Assembly (NCBI GenBank): GCA_013239625.1
Contig: MU054204.1
Span: forward strand, 210,879-274,878
Direction of reading: 5' to 3'
DNA length: 64,000 nt
Origin: Lama guanicoe
Taxonomy: Eukaryota
Both the position numbers and the translations under genes were made by a program. A model generated the notes under the pieces. The model did no database searches and was not told where the DNA came from. It was given only the letters and a program-made list of their open reading frames with translations. The first letter of the stretch is position 1; each line of letters starts with the position of its first letter. Below, piece after piece: positions 39,201-51,267 of the stretch.

Positions 39201-39420
39201 CTATAGAGACAAAGTAATTGGTGGTTTCCTGAGACTGAGTGTGGGAATGGGGACTGACTGTAAATGGTGCAAGGGTTTTTAGGATGATGGACATATTCTA
39301 AAATTAGATGGGGGTGATAGTTGCACAACTCTATAAATATGCTAAAATTCAGGAAATTGTACCTTTTAAATGAGAAAATTTTGTCACATGTAAATTATAT
39401 ATCAACAAAGCTGATAAATT
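33280..39420 (+). mobile_element. Old near-full-length L1 (L1MB-like): 5' UTR, decayed ORF1, decayed ORF2 lacking most of the endonuclease region, 3' UTR
   Basis: ORF1 remnant LWDNIKCTN..MGVPEGKER (~35064-35125); RT remnants [15 protein letters not shown] (~37090-37135) and KAFDK (~37220); [10 protein letters not shown] (ORF 37795-38037); 3' end AAATTATATATCAACAAAGCTG; many stops and frameshifts. Confidence 0.92.
36197..36561 (-). mobile_element. MaLR LTR (MLT1A-like) within the L1
   Basis: AAACAACAGAAATTTCTTATCTCACAGTTCTGAAGGCTAGAAGTC...GTTAGGGCTTCAACATATGAATTTTGGG...TGTAACA. Confidence 0.85.
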
Positions 39421-39466
39421 CCATGATTTGAGAAAGTAATAATTGTGATGATTTTATAAAGAATAA

Positions 39467-39666
39467 ATATACTGCAACATCTTTATCCAGTCACCTGTCA
39501 ATGGACATTTAGGTTGTTTCCATGTTTTGGCTACTGTAAATAGTGCTGCTGTGAACATTGGGGTGCATGTATCTTTTCGTACGCCAGTAATTGATACATT
39601 ATAACCGATGGTACTTCAATTTAAAAAAATTATAATAATTTTAAAAAAAGAAAATGAGTATTAAAA
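39467..39666 (+). mobile_element. Short 5'-inverted L1
   Basis: Antisense ORF2-end piece (~39467-39578) joined to sense terminal 3' UTR + A tail; AAAGAATAA on both flanks. Confidence 0.75.
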
Positions 39667-40294
39667 AAAGAATAAGAGCATAAAATCAAATGATAAAATC
39701 CATCCCCAGATAAAGTATAGCTCTCAAATTTCTGTTCCTGATACATTTTCAGGACTTGTTCCGTTCATCAGTTTCTTCTTTGTACCCCTTCTGTCCCCTC
39801 CCATGGACCTCTTCCTTTGGATTCTGTGCACCACCTTTTCACTTGCCTTGAGCCTAATTACCCTTCCAGAACTTCCTTCTCCTCCCCAGCATTCTGGTCT
39901 GCACTCTCAACTCTTTCCTAAAGCCCTTTTCTCCTGAGGGTTTATTTCATTTCTAGATCATGAATGTTTTTTCTCAAACTGCTGGTTCTATTTCTTTGAT
40001 AAAAAGTGGCAAATCATTTCTCATGGGTTTATGCATTGGACAGATGTTTACTAAGCACCTGCTGTGTTCTTGACCTTGTGACGATACTTACGGTGGCTTA
40101 GGTTGCTGATCTTTATATTTGGGAAGCAATAGGAATTTTTAATGTGGCACGTAAATATTGTGTATAGAAGTTCTAAAGAGCTATATTTCATGGCAGGTTT
40201 TGTTCAACCTATGTAAAGGCCTCTATTTCAAAATGACAGGTATGTAATTGCCTTCTCTTAGTCCCTGAGCTGTCCCTGTATCTTGAGGTTTAAG

Positions 40295-40475
40295 CCAGTC
40301 GTGTGCTGGTAAACTGGATCTCCAGGGAAATTAAAAAAGTAAAACTTGATTTGTGAAATTTGTGATTTCCATGGTGGATATACTCCCACCATAGCCAGTT
40401 TCAAGTTATTAACATGATATTATGAAATGCAGAGTTGGGGTAAGCTAGCCAGTTTGAGCCCTCTAGGACAGTCAC
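40295..40475. mobile_element. MER63-like hAT-Blackjack MITE
   Basis: CCAGTCGTGTGCTGGTAAA terminus; TTTCCATGGTGGATATACTCCCACCATAGCCAGTTTCAAG. Confidence 0.6.
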
Positions 40476-40599
40476 TTAGTTACAATCCCTTAGTCCTAAT
40501 CCCACCAAGAACAGCTTTCAGACTGTCCCGGAAATACTACCCAACTTGGTTGGAAGGACTTTGGAAAGAAGAGAACTAATGCTTTGGCTCAGCACTGTA

Positions 40600-40760
40600 C
40601 CCTTTAGGTACTCCTCATAACCCTGTGAGGGAGATACCCATTTTACAGGTGAGTAGAGGAGGCTCAGAGAGTTAAAAGGGTCTGGCCAAAGCCACACAAT
40701 ACACTGCAGAGCTAGAATGTGCACCCTGATCATTTTGATGCCAAATCCCATGCTACATTA
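40600..40760 (-). mobile_element. MIR SINE
   Basis: CCCATTTTACAGGTGAGTAGAGGAGGCTCAGAGAGTTAA. Confidence 0.8.
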
Positions 40761-41569
40761 ATCATACCATGGTACCTCCTTGGGCAAAGCTAGCAGTGGA
40801 GATAATGAGAGTGTGTACTTTTCCAGTGGTAGTGCTCTAGATATTGTTCATCTTCTGAGGATTAGACATGAGCACATCACTTATAGTGCATTTGGCTTGC
40901 TAGAGGATGTTAGGGTAATCTCTCTGTGGGTAGCCAGCAGAAAAGGCAGTAAAGACCAATGTATGGTGTGGGGCAGGGAACTTCTAAAACCCTTTGATTG
41001 ATTTCAGCCTAAGGAGGGACTGAATTGACTAACTAGGGCTTCCTGACTATTCTGGGAGAGTGACAGAGATGCTGAAGCAGCACATTCCTTTTGGGCCAGG
41101 CCTAGAATTGTCCATTTGAGAGGTCACTGCTGGTCCCTGGAAGTAGTGGTTTTCAAATCAAGTCAAGGAATATAAATGATTGGAGCAATTTTATGAAATC
41201 AAGTCTATGCCTGTTTTTTTTAACTAGAAATCAAGCTTCATGACAGCAGGAATCCTTGTCTGTTTTGTAGATTGTTAGATCCCCGTTGTCTAGAACAGTG
41301 CTTGTCACTCAGTATGTTGGATGGATGGTTGGATGGCTGGATGATTTGCCTTCGGGCCTGTAGCTCTTTCTCATACCTGAGCTACTACTGTTTGAAAGCA
41401 AGTTTTTTTTTTTCTCAGAGATCTCTAAGAGACCAACACTGAGGTCCCTCACATTTTCCCAGCTAAGGATCTCATTAGCAATTATGTAAAGACAAATGAT
41501 GTCACTTGGTGATAAGATGTGTAACATTGCTTTAGGAAGCCCTCTTCACTATCTTTGGGTAGAGTAGCT

Positions 41570-41822
41570 ATCAATTATTGTGTGTTTACTGGATGTTAGG
41601 TAGACAGATAAGTGCTTTACATGCATTAATACATTAAATCCTCATAATGACCTTATGAAAGAGACACTTCATTAGGCCAGTTTTACAGATGAGGAAACCG
41701 AGGCCTGGAGAGTTTAAATAGATTGCCCAAGGCTGCACAGCTAGTATGAGGAAAAGCTAGGAATCAACCCCAGTTTTCCCCAATTATTGATCCTGTACTT
41801 GTTCTAATATACTACATTGCCT
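41570..41822 (-). mobile_element. MIR SINE
   Basis: TTTTACAGATGAGGAAACCGAGGCC...TTGCCCAAGGCTGCACAGCTAGT. Confidence 0.85.
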
Positions 41823-42521
41823 CCTTTTCTGTGTTACTAATCATTCATGGATTCAGGGAACATTTATTAAGTCCCAAGTTCTGTTGTATGCCAGACACTT
41901 AGACCTTCTGAGGGGAAAGGGAATCTTATTCTCCTGAGATGTCATGAAAAACATATTTTCTAACACCATTTCCCCTTATTTCCCAGAAGTGGGATGCCTG
42001 GTAATTTGGAGCTACCAAGAGACATCAAATAACTGTACACGTCCCGCCTTCCTAAATGCTTCAGCAAGTTTGCTGGGGTGAAAGTATCTTATTTAGTCCC
42101 AGAAGAGGAATGAAATCTCAAGCAATGGTTTTTACAAACTCCATCATATCTAACTCCCAAAGCTTTTCTTTTTACTTTCAGTACTTGAGATGCTCCCAAG
42201 AAAATGCTTACTTTATATCAGATGAGTCAGGGCCATATGAATACAGCCTTTCCTTTCAAAAACACTCTTTCAAAAATGCTAGATCTATTTAACACTAGTT
42301 AAAGGAGCTTTAAAGGGTCACGTAAGGAGGCACAGCAATGCAAGTTCCTCTTCTTGGGCTTGGAGACTCAGATGGAGGTAGAAAGGGATTGGATTAAACC
42401 TAGGGCTGAACCAACCATTCTTGATAACCTCTGTTAAGGTTGCATCTCTTTTGTTGTTGTTCTTGTGTTCATTCAACAAACATATATAGAATGTCAACTA
42501 TATGGCAGGCCTGGTTCTAGG

Positions 42522-43819
42522 CTGGCACTGTCCAATTCAAATATAATGAGAGCTACATATATGCCATTGTAAATATTCAGGTAGTCACATTAAAAAAGTA
42601 AACAGTGATGTGACTGACAAGGGCTTAATTTCCAGAATATATAAATAGCTCATACAGCTTTATAACAACAACAACAAAAAAACAAAATCCAAAAATGGGC
42701 AGAAGACCTAAACAAGCAATGCTCAATATCACTAATTATCAAAGAAATACAAATCAAAACTATAGTGACGTATCACCCCACACCAGTCAGAATGGCCATT
42801 ATTAAAAAGTCCACAAACAATAAATGCTGGAGAGGGTATGGAGAAAAGGGAACCCTCCTGTACTGCTGGTTGGATTGCAGTTTGGTGCAGCCACTGTGGA
42901 AAACAGTATGGAGATTCCTCAAAAGACTAGGAATAGACTTACCATATGACCCAGGAATCCTGCTCCTGGGCATATATCCAGAAGGAACCCTACTTCAAAA
43001 AGACACCTGCACCCCAATGTTCATAGCAGCACTATTTACAATAGCCAAGACGTGGAAACAGCCTAAATGTCCATCAACAGATGACTGCATAAAGAAGCTG
43101 TGGCATGTTCATACAATGGAATACTACTCAGCCATAAAATTAATAAAATAATGCCATTTGCAGCAACATGGGTAGACCTGGAGATCGTCATACTAAGTGA
43201 AATAAGCCAGAAAGAGAAAGAAAAGTACCATATGATATCACTTATATTTGGAATCTAAAGAAAAGAGACAGATGAACTTACTTACAAAACAGAAATAGGC
43301 ACACAGACATCAAAAACAAACTTATGGTTACCGGCGGTGGGGGGAATGGGGTAGGAATGGATAAACTGGGAGTTCGAGATTTGCAGATACTACTATATAT
43401 AAAATAGATATACAACAAGTTTCTTCTGTACATCACAGGTAACTAGATTCAATATCTTGTAACCTACTATGAAAAAGAATATGAAAATGAATATATGTAT
43501 GTATATGTGTGACTGAAACATGCTGTACACCAGAAATTGACACATTGTCAACTGACTATACTCCAATAAAAAATGAAAAAAAGTAAACAGAGATAAGCAA
43601 GATAAATTTTAATAATATATTTAACCCAATATATCCAAAATGTTAACATTTCAACATGTCATCAATGTAAAATATTATTAATGAGATGTTTTCATATTAA
43701 GTCACTGAAGTTTGGTGTGTATGTTAAATTTATAAACACATCTCAGTTTGGACTAGTCACATTTAAGCACTCAGTAGTCACAAGTTGCTAGTGGGTAGCT
43801 ACTGGACTGGACAGCTCAG
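42522..43819. mobile_element. MER33-like hAT-Charlie MITE split by a young L1
   Basis: Ends CTGGCACTGTCC / GGACAGCTCAG, flanking TTCTAGG repeat, internal TTTAACCCAATATATCCAAAAT. Confidence 0.8.
42606..43576 (+). mobile_element. Young 5'-truncated L1 (ORF2 C-terminus + 3' UTR)
   Basis: ORF 42765-43151 [27 protein letters not shown]...EYYSAIK; TSD AAAAAAGTAAACAG at 42592-42605 and 43577-43590. Confidence 0.95.
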
Positions 43820-44808
43820 TTCTAGGCCTTGCTGTCAGGGATACTGACATGTATTAGATACCTTTCTGTGAGGTGATGAGGCAAGGCACATCAACTGGAA
43901 TGAGCCTGATAATTATTTGTTTAGCAGAAAGCTGCTCTTTCAATTATTACCTACATGGTCTGCAAAACACGAGGTTAGAACCCGTGTAACATTAACAGCC
44001 CTTTAAGCTCCTTCAAAGTCTCCTCCAGTGCTTTTGAGACAGAGACTCTCTTAAAGCACGACATCATTTGGATTCTGCAGTCTCCAAGGCAGGGAGGTCG
44101 CAGACCTCTTTAGAGTGGCCATGAACTGGGGCAGGAAGTGATTTAAGTTGGGAAGTTCCAAGTCATCCAAGAAGAGGCCCCTGCCATTCAGTCCTTCAAG
44201 TGGTTCAAGGGGGAGACCAACAAAGGACTACCTACTAGCTTGGGAATTCTCTCTCTTTTCTGTATCCTCTACCCCTCTCCATTACTCAACCTCTTCTCCC
44301 AGGACATCCATCTCTCAGAGGCTCCCTGTCTCTCCTCTGTGCTCTGAAGGCTGTGTAACTGAATATGTCATCGGGTGCCATCATGAGTGTGACTGTGTGC
44401 AAGGGTACGGCTGTGTGTGGGACTATATATGTGCTCTCATGACTCAGCTGGGTAAGGGATGGATGGGTGAGTTAACAGCCCCCAAAGTATGTCTAGGAAT
44501 AATCGAGTAAAAAGAATCTTCCTTGTTCGTGTCTTCTCAGAAGGAGACACAATTTAATGGAGCCTGAATTTAGGCCCTGTGCTCACTTGACAATTTCCAG
44601 AGACGGACTCTGTCTGTAGATGCAGGGGCTAGCTGGTGCAAAGGAGAATTCAGAACTGGAATTGGGTTTTTCTCCTCTGGGAGACAATATTTTAAATCTA
44701 TTTTCTCATGTAATACAGGGCTTTTGAAGTTGTCTTAGGTTTTGGGTAAACTTCCTTGATTGGTGACTAAGGAATATGTTTTTAAAGAGAGCCCTTGGAG
44801 AAGGCAGA

Positions 44809-44809
<1 letters not shown>

Positions 44810-44853
<44 letters not shown>

Positions 44854-44863
44854 TTTTTTTTTT
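44810..44863. repeat. Poly-T tract
   Basis: Long T homopolymer. Confidence 0.95.
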
Positions 44864-45439
44864 GCTTTTGGGTTAGAAAGGAATGAAGGAATGAGAAAGG
44901 ACAACTTTTTAGGAGGAGCTCTTGCCAGCAGGCCTTCAAGTGACATCAGGCATCCCCTCAGACTGCTTGTAAAGGGAATCTGGCTAATGGGGATAATCAT
45001 CTGAAAAGTGAGACAGGTGGCCATCTTCCTGCTCTAAAATAGACACGATCACAGATTGTCTGTTGTCTGCTTTCCACAGGGAGAAGCTGTGGCTCTAAGC
45101 CAGCGTGTCAAAGGAGGAGGGGAAAAAAGGCACATTCCTTGGGATTAAGGTGTGGGTGAGACTTACCCTGACTGCTCTATCTGAATAGGAAAGGCTTACG
45201 GACCACATTTCCCAGAGGGCTTAGTCGGCTGTTGAAGGACCATGTGCAGCCAGGAGTGACTAAACCTGGGTGGAGAGCTGGAGGGAGATCAGGACAAGGA
45301 ATCCTTGTAAATATTGGGCACAAAAAGCCTGGAATAAAATGTTTATCCTCTATCTTTAGTCAGGATTTACTGAACACCTGATCAGAACATCCTGTGTTAT
45401 CTTACCAGATGTAGGAATAGCAGAGAGGAAAGGGAGGGG

Positions 45440-45625
45440 GGTAACTTTCGTTTACAGAAATGTACCAAGTGTTTTTATATTCTTGAGGCCAACCTATGGG
45501 GTAGAGGGCATCTTCCCACTTAATAGATGAGGGGACCAAGACCCGTAGGACTTACGTGACTTATAGCTAATGAGTAGGGATTCAAACTTTGATATTCTTT
45601 ATTCCAAAGCCCATTCTTCCCACTG
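45440..45625 (-). mobile_element. MIR fragment
   Basis: CCCACTTAATAGATGAGGGGACCAAG...GGGATTCAAAC. Confidence 0.6.
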
Positions 45626-46199
45626 CCAGACACTGGTGTCTTAAGTCTTACTGTTTAGTTAGGGAGACATGACGTCTGTTCTCAAGGAAAAAATCAGAGA
45701 AAAGAAAGTTCTATGTTAATGGTAATTAAACACTAATAATGTAAAGTAGAGATAGCATGTATTTGACATGGTCAGGAACTATTCTAAGGTCAGAGAAAAC
45801 TTTGTATTTCCCTGATGATGTCGGTCAGTTTCACGTTGGGTAGTAGGAAAAGCAGACAAAGAACTGTCAACAATATAGCCCAATGTAAAGAAAATGACTA
45901 CGGTCATCCTCCCCCAAGCACCTCAGAAATAAACCTGGACCAAAATTTCACAATGAACCCCAGCTCTGCTTGGTATACAGAATATCATTAGCTCCTTAAC
46001 TAACATTATTTTGCCATAGTGATGGAGAAACACCCTTTTGGAAAGGCTAGGTCTGAGTTATACTAGTGGATGAAGAAATACTGGTTCTCTATTGTTTCCC
46101 CAGGAGATACAGCTGAGGATTCAATGACTGATAGTTCTTCAAGATAAAAGCTTCATTATTGTTTTGTTCTATTGTCACATCACCCTAGAAGCAACGATT

Positions 46200-47610
46200 T
46201 CACAGTTGATCAAAGCATCAGTACCACAGGGGTCCATCTATATTCTGAAACTATATTTAGCATAGACTCCATGATTTCAATTAGAGCGATAGAATTCTAT
46301 CATTGCCTCATAAGTCTTAACAAAGCCAACTGTCTTGTTATAAATCACTAAAGATCAGTTCGATTTACAGTGCTTCTAAAAATACATTCTTACTGTATAG
46401 CACGGGGAACTATATTCAATGGCTTGTGGTAACCAGTTATGAAAAAGAATAAATATATATGTATAAGTATAACTGAATCACTATGCTGTACACCAGAAAT
46501 GAATACAACATTGTCAATCAACTACACTTCAATAAAAAATGGGAAGAAAAAAAGTAAAATTACATTCTTCTCTATGTATGTCTTTATAAAACCTTGGGTG
46601 AAGATAATGAAAGGCAAGGCTTAAATTTTCATCCACTTTTTTGTTGTGCAAGACAGACTTTTACTATTGAATATGGAGTGAAATATTAAATGACGTCTTA
46701 ATGGCTTGACAAGTCTTAATGACCAGCCTCTTCTAGTAACCCATTTCAGAACAATCTTAACCAAGCTGTGGTTAGAGAGCTTTTATTAAATGCCCAACAC
46801 GGTACTTACTACTGTCTATCATTTTTCAACTTGATCATTTGCTTCAGAGTGATGAAGGACGATGATGAATATTATAAGGTTTCTTCCCTTATAGTCCTTA
46901 AAATCAACTGAGGTCAATGCAGTTAGAAATAATTCAGAGATCTGGCTGCTTCAGAAGAGGTATAGCCATAGAAACAGTGAACCATTTTAAGAAGGAGGCT
47001 AGTGACAAATTCAGAAGTTCATCCCTTTAGGAAGGGTCTCTAATAACAGCAATAAGGATTCCTGACTGAAGCCCTTTGGATACTTTCCCCTGGAAAAGCA
47101 TGGGCCTTTAGTAGCTGATGTTGGCCAGGTGGGCTGACACATGTGGCACTCCATTCTGGTCTCTCAGTATTAGAGTCTCATCGCAGGTAGATCAGGACAT
47201 AGATTCTAGCAAACACCACCATAATAATCATTCCATTCCTGGATATGCTTCATGGAAGAGGCCAAAATAATTAGACTGCTGTCTTCTTTTGTTAGTGGCT
47301 TATGACCAGCTCGAGGTCCCCAAGAAGTGTCTCTGTTGTCCAAGACCAGCTGACTGGTTTTGATAACCCTCAAGAGATAGATGACTGAGGTCTTCTAACA
47401 AACAGATTTCTGGTGGCAAGAGCACAGTCCAGTCTGGGGTCAGCAGTGGAAGCCAGTTCAGGGTATCAGCGATTGGTAAGCTTGCTGAAAGTCTGGTTTC
47501 AGAGAGAATCTCCACATAGCAAGAATATCAAAAAGTTGACTCACCACTTCCTCACACATCCTATGCCCTAACCAATCCATATCTGACAAACTGTATTCTT
47601 CAGGTACGCC
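46200..47610 (-). mobile_element. Decayed Ty3/Gypsy LTR-retrotransposon pol (RT fragment, RNase H end, HHCC zinc finger, integrase core and C-terminal module)
   Basis: Ordered minus-strand motifs across frameshifts: WLGHRM, ADTLNWLPL (47444-47470), WGPR, LFHEAYPGM (47234-47260), FARIYV (47196-47213), CHMCQ (47134-47148), RPFL..SFLKW, TALTSVDFKDYKGRN..HHSEANDQVEK (46822-46923), TPYS, YLHP, GVYAKY (46253-46270), RWTPVV (46222-46239). Confidence 0.85.
46392..46555 (+). mobile_element. Young L1 3' end inserted into the Gypsy fossil
   Basis: ACTGTATAGCACGGGGAACTATATTCAA...AATAAA; TSD AAAAATACATTCTT (46378-46391) / AAAATTACATTCTT (46556-46569). Confidence 0.9.
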
Positions 47611-47611
47611 A

Positions 47612-47970
47612 AGATCTTTCCCACCACTTTGTCTTTGCACATGCTGTACCCTTTGCTAGACTATCCCCATCTTCTTTTTACACAGTAAACTCTCAACCAT
47701 TCTTCAAAGCCCAGCTCAAATAATACATTCTCTGTCTATTTTTCCCTTATTCTGACCTTACCCTTTCTATGGTCCCACAGCCTTCTGTATAGACCTTTCT
47801 TCTAGCATTGCTCAGACTGGGGAGTAAATCATCTATGAGGATATCTCTCTGTTAAGTTGTGATCTTCTCAAAGGTGAGGACTGTGTCTTATTATTTCTGT
47901 TATCTCCGTTAGCCAGAACAGAGACTGGCATACAGACTGAACCAGGTAAATGCTGATTAAGTAACTGAAT
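47612..47970 (+). mobile_element. L2 3' end
   Basis: CTTTGCACATGCTGTACCC...CTTCAAAGCCCAGCTCAAAT...GGACTGTGTCTTATT...CTGGCATACAG. Confidence 0.75.
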
Positions 47971-49278
47971 TATTTATCCAGACATGGCTGGGGTTGCCTA
48001 TTTCTGAATTCTACCTTCAGTATGCTTTATTTTGTATCATATCATGTGTATGTGGTATATTTCTAGGACCTCTTGTTTAATGATACGATTAAACTTTTGG
48101 ACCTTTTTTGCTTGATTTTTGAGCAAAAGGTACATTTTTAGCCTTCAAGTGAATTGGTCCAATGCCCAGTTTCCAATGGAACACCACTGGCTCCCTCTTG
48201 TGAGGCAGTCTCAGAATTTCTCCTATAATTAATTTCTTAAGAGGTCTGTGGACAAATTCCTCTTAGTAGAGTTGTTCAAATGCTTTGAACGCTTTGGCTT
48301 CTACATGTTGTGAACCCACCAGTTCCTTCTTGGAAAACCTTAAGACCTTCACTTGACAAAGGTAAGGAAGCCATTCTGGGAATTCTGACCAGCTCAAAAA
48401 TCTGAGCACCCTGGAGTTGAAAGGGTTCTTGGAGGTCACCTTTATAACCTAATTTCACAAAGCAACTGGTGCCACTTTTGAGTTGCTCTCTCTTCTAGTG
48501 GTTTCTCTCTCTTTTAGAAGACTATTCCTTTTAAAGGTCCAACTGGTACATACAAAAGAATCTACCTTCTTAATTACTAACTGCCTTTTGGATAGTTAAA
48601 ACCAATGTTGGATTCCTCATGACATATTTTCTACATTTGGTTTTTTCAACATTTTGGAGCACCTTTCTAGTGCCAGGCACTCTGGTCTAATCTTCTCCAG
48701 GTCCCTCAGCTGTTTCCCATATGTCAGGTTCCTCTGAACTACTTCTTCTTCTACATAATTTCCACTTTGTCACTGGCTCCAAAGTTTGTAACTTGTTAGA
48801 TGTTATTCTTATTAAATGCTTCCCATTGTTCCAGCCAGTCCAGATCTTTAAGATCTCATCATATGTGAGACCTACTATGTTCTAGGTGAGCCTGCTCTTT
48901 TAGTTTGTCAGTATCAGTTCCCAGTCATGGGACTTTGGAGTAGTACCTCTCATGAAATAGCATGGTATAGTTGAATTGGAGGGCACCAGATCTGTGTTTG
49001 ATTTATTTAACCTCTTTAAGACTCTTTGAGGGCAAATTACCCTTCCTTCATAGGGTCACTGTCAGGATTCATAAGATACTACCTCTAAAGTATTAAGTGC
49101 TGTTCCTGAGCACTTAGTGGGTGCACAATAGAAATTAATGTCCGGCCAGCCTGGCCTGCCTACCACTGCCCTCTACTGAGGAGAGTCAGCAACTGCTTTG
49201 AACTTGTATTTCTGGTTTGAGCCAAGTAGCTCTGTTCCATTCTATCTCTTTTTAGCCCTTTAAAGAATGGTAGTCTTG

Positions 49279-49510
49279 TGGAGAGGGTCTAGCTCAGTGG
49301 TAGAGTGCATGCTTAGCATGCATGAGGTCCTGGGTCCAATCCCCAGTAAAATAAATAAAATAAATAAATTTTTATTTTATAAGTAAATACTTTATATAGA
49401 TAAATGATATAATATAATAAACATGCAATAAAATCAATATATATGTAAATATTTATTTTAAAAAATTAAATTATAAATAAATAAATAAACTTAATTCCCC
49501 CCCAAAAAAA
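49279..49510 (+). mobile_element. Vic-1-like SINE with expanded AT-rich tail
   Basis: AGCTCAGTGGTAGAGTGCATGCTTAGCATG...; flanked by GAATGGTAGTCTT / GAATGGCAGTCTT. Confidence 0.88.
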
Positions 49511-50586
49511 TGAATGGCAGTCTTATATGAGATGTAACACAAACTGGTGGACTGGACTCAATTTTGTAAAGTAGTCCTTATAAAAATACTGCAGTGGGTA
49601 TCTTTGCCAATTTCTGTGCAACACAACTGAATTAGAGATATATTGCATGGATAGCTATTGGTGAGGGTTTTTTTGTTTTTTATGTTGTTGTTGTTTGTTT
49701 TTATTTGTTTGTTTGTTTTTAGTTTTACAAGATGCCCAAGACCCCAAGGTGCTAATCACGGATGTTTGGAATATAGTCCTCTTTGTGTTGTTCATTATCA
49801 TGTAAACAGTCAAAATCGCAGCCAGAATCTGAATTTCATTCACTGGTTTTCTGGATCATATGATTCATATGTTCTTTCGGAAGAGGAACATTTATATGAA
49901 TTGGTACTTTCAGTTCCTCTGACAGGATGATATAGGTTCACATAAGAGCAATAAAAGTACAGGGACCCAAGTGGTTTTTAGTGTCACACTAACGAAGGGC
50001 CATATCGTTGGACTTCTCTTCCATGAGAGGATTTGGGGATGTGGAGGGAAATCCCTAAGCCTGGCAATCAGACATCATAGTAGAGTAAACAGAGGGTAGT
50101 CTTGGTGTCTACTCTGAGTTTGAAAGCCACCTCTGCCATTCACTATCTGTATGATCTAGGACAAGTCCTTTGACCTCATCTTACCTCAGCTATACCAAAC
50201 TTGAGGACTTGTGAGTATTATAAATGAGGTTAACATTTCTGTACCACTTAGCATGGTGCTTGGCATATGGTAGGCAGGCAAATGAATCATTGTTCTTAGG
50301 ATCAATTCTAGTTAATAGCAGTTAAACCCTTTGGAGTTGCAGTTTCATTTCCCTGTTGGAGAGTGAAAAAAGCAATATCATGTGCATGATATGGGGATTC
50401 AATTCCTGGGTTCACATAGAAACTTAGCCATGCTGGGTCTTTCAGATTCTGCTAGAAGTTTATAATCATTCACCTGAATGGCAATGGGAATAAACTGGGT
50501 TGCTTAGTAGTCCTTGGTGGCCAAAAACAGTGAGAAGAACCCTGGGGAGTGAGGTACTGTTAATGCTCTAGCCCACAATTCTTTAA

Positions 50587-50663
50587 TTTTTTTGTTTGAA
50601 GTATAGTCAGTTACAATGTGTCAATTTCTGGTATACAGCATAATGATCCCGTGCTATACAGAA
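50587..50663 (-). mobile_element. Very short L1 3' insertion
   Basis: TSD CCACAATTCTTTAA at 50573-50586 and 50664-50677. Confidence 0.85.
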
Positions 50664-50949
50664 CCACAATTCTTTAAATGCAAGATAGATTTACCAACCC
50701 AAACAGGAGTGAAATGCTGTTGCCACTTTGGGGTTCTACAAACAAATATTCATGAATCTGGTGAGCTAGTCATCAAAGCTCCCTTTTGAGAGGAGGGAGG
50801 TTGCTGGAATATTTGTTCCCTGTTGAGGAATCTTACCCTAGAGACAAAAAGAAAATCCCTAAAATATGCTGCTCACAAAAAAAAAAAAGAGCAATCTGAC
50901 TGAGGTTGGTTCCTTAGTAAAGCATAAACTTCTCCACCAACCAGCTTTA

Positions 50950-51195
50950 TAAATTACAAACAGGCAGGAAAACTAATCCATAGTGACAGAAAGATGATCA
51001 AGCCTGTGGAGGGGGGCAGAGAAGGGTGGGGGTGGCAGTTCAAAGGGCAGAAGGAAACTTTGAGGGTTAATGTATATGTTCACCAACTTGATTATGGTGA
51101 TGGTAAACACATATGTCAAAGCTCATCAAATAATATACTTTAAATATGTGCAGTTTAATACATTTCAACTGTAACTTAACAAAGCTGTTACTTAA
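50950..51195 (+). mobile_element. Old L1 3' UTR fragment (L1MC/MD-like)
   Basis: AAACTAATCCATAGTGACAGAAAG...TATGTCAAAGCTCATCAAAT...TACTTTAAATATGTGCAG. Confidence 0.7.
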
Positions 51196-51267
51196 ACCCA
51201 GTGCACATAACACCTGGCACATAGTGAGTGCTCACTAAATATGTACTGAATTAACATAAATAATTGT

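Noticed and set aside
33280..39420. Possible intact autonomous L1
   Set aside because: Numerous stops and frameshifts, an MLT1 insertion and loss of the endonuclease region.
45700..47610. Endogenous bornavirus-like L element (EEYSLSDM resembles ERFSVSDM, YLHP resembles YAHP)
   Set aside because: Only two short chance matches. Many ordered Gypsy RNase H, zinc-finger and integrase motifs explain the region far better.
49348..49495. AT-rich quasi-palindrome
   Set aside because: Low-complexity expansion of a SINE tail, with no sign of function.
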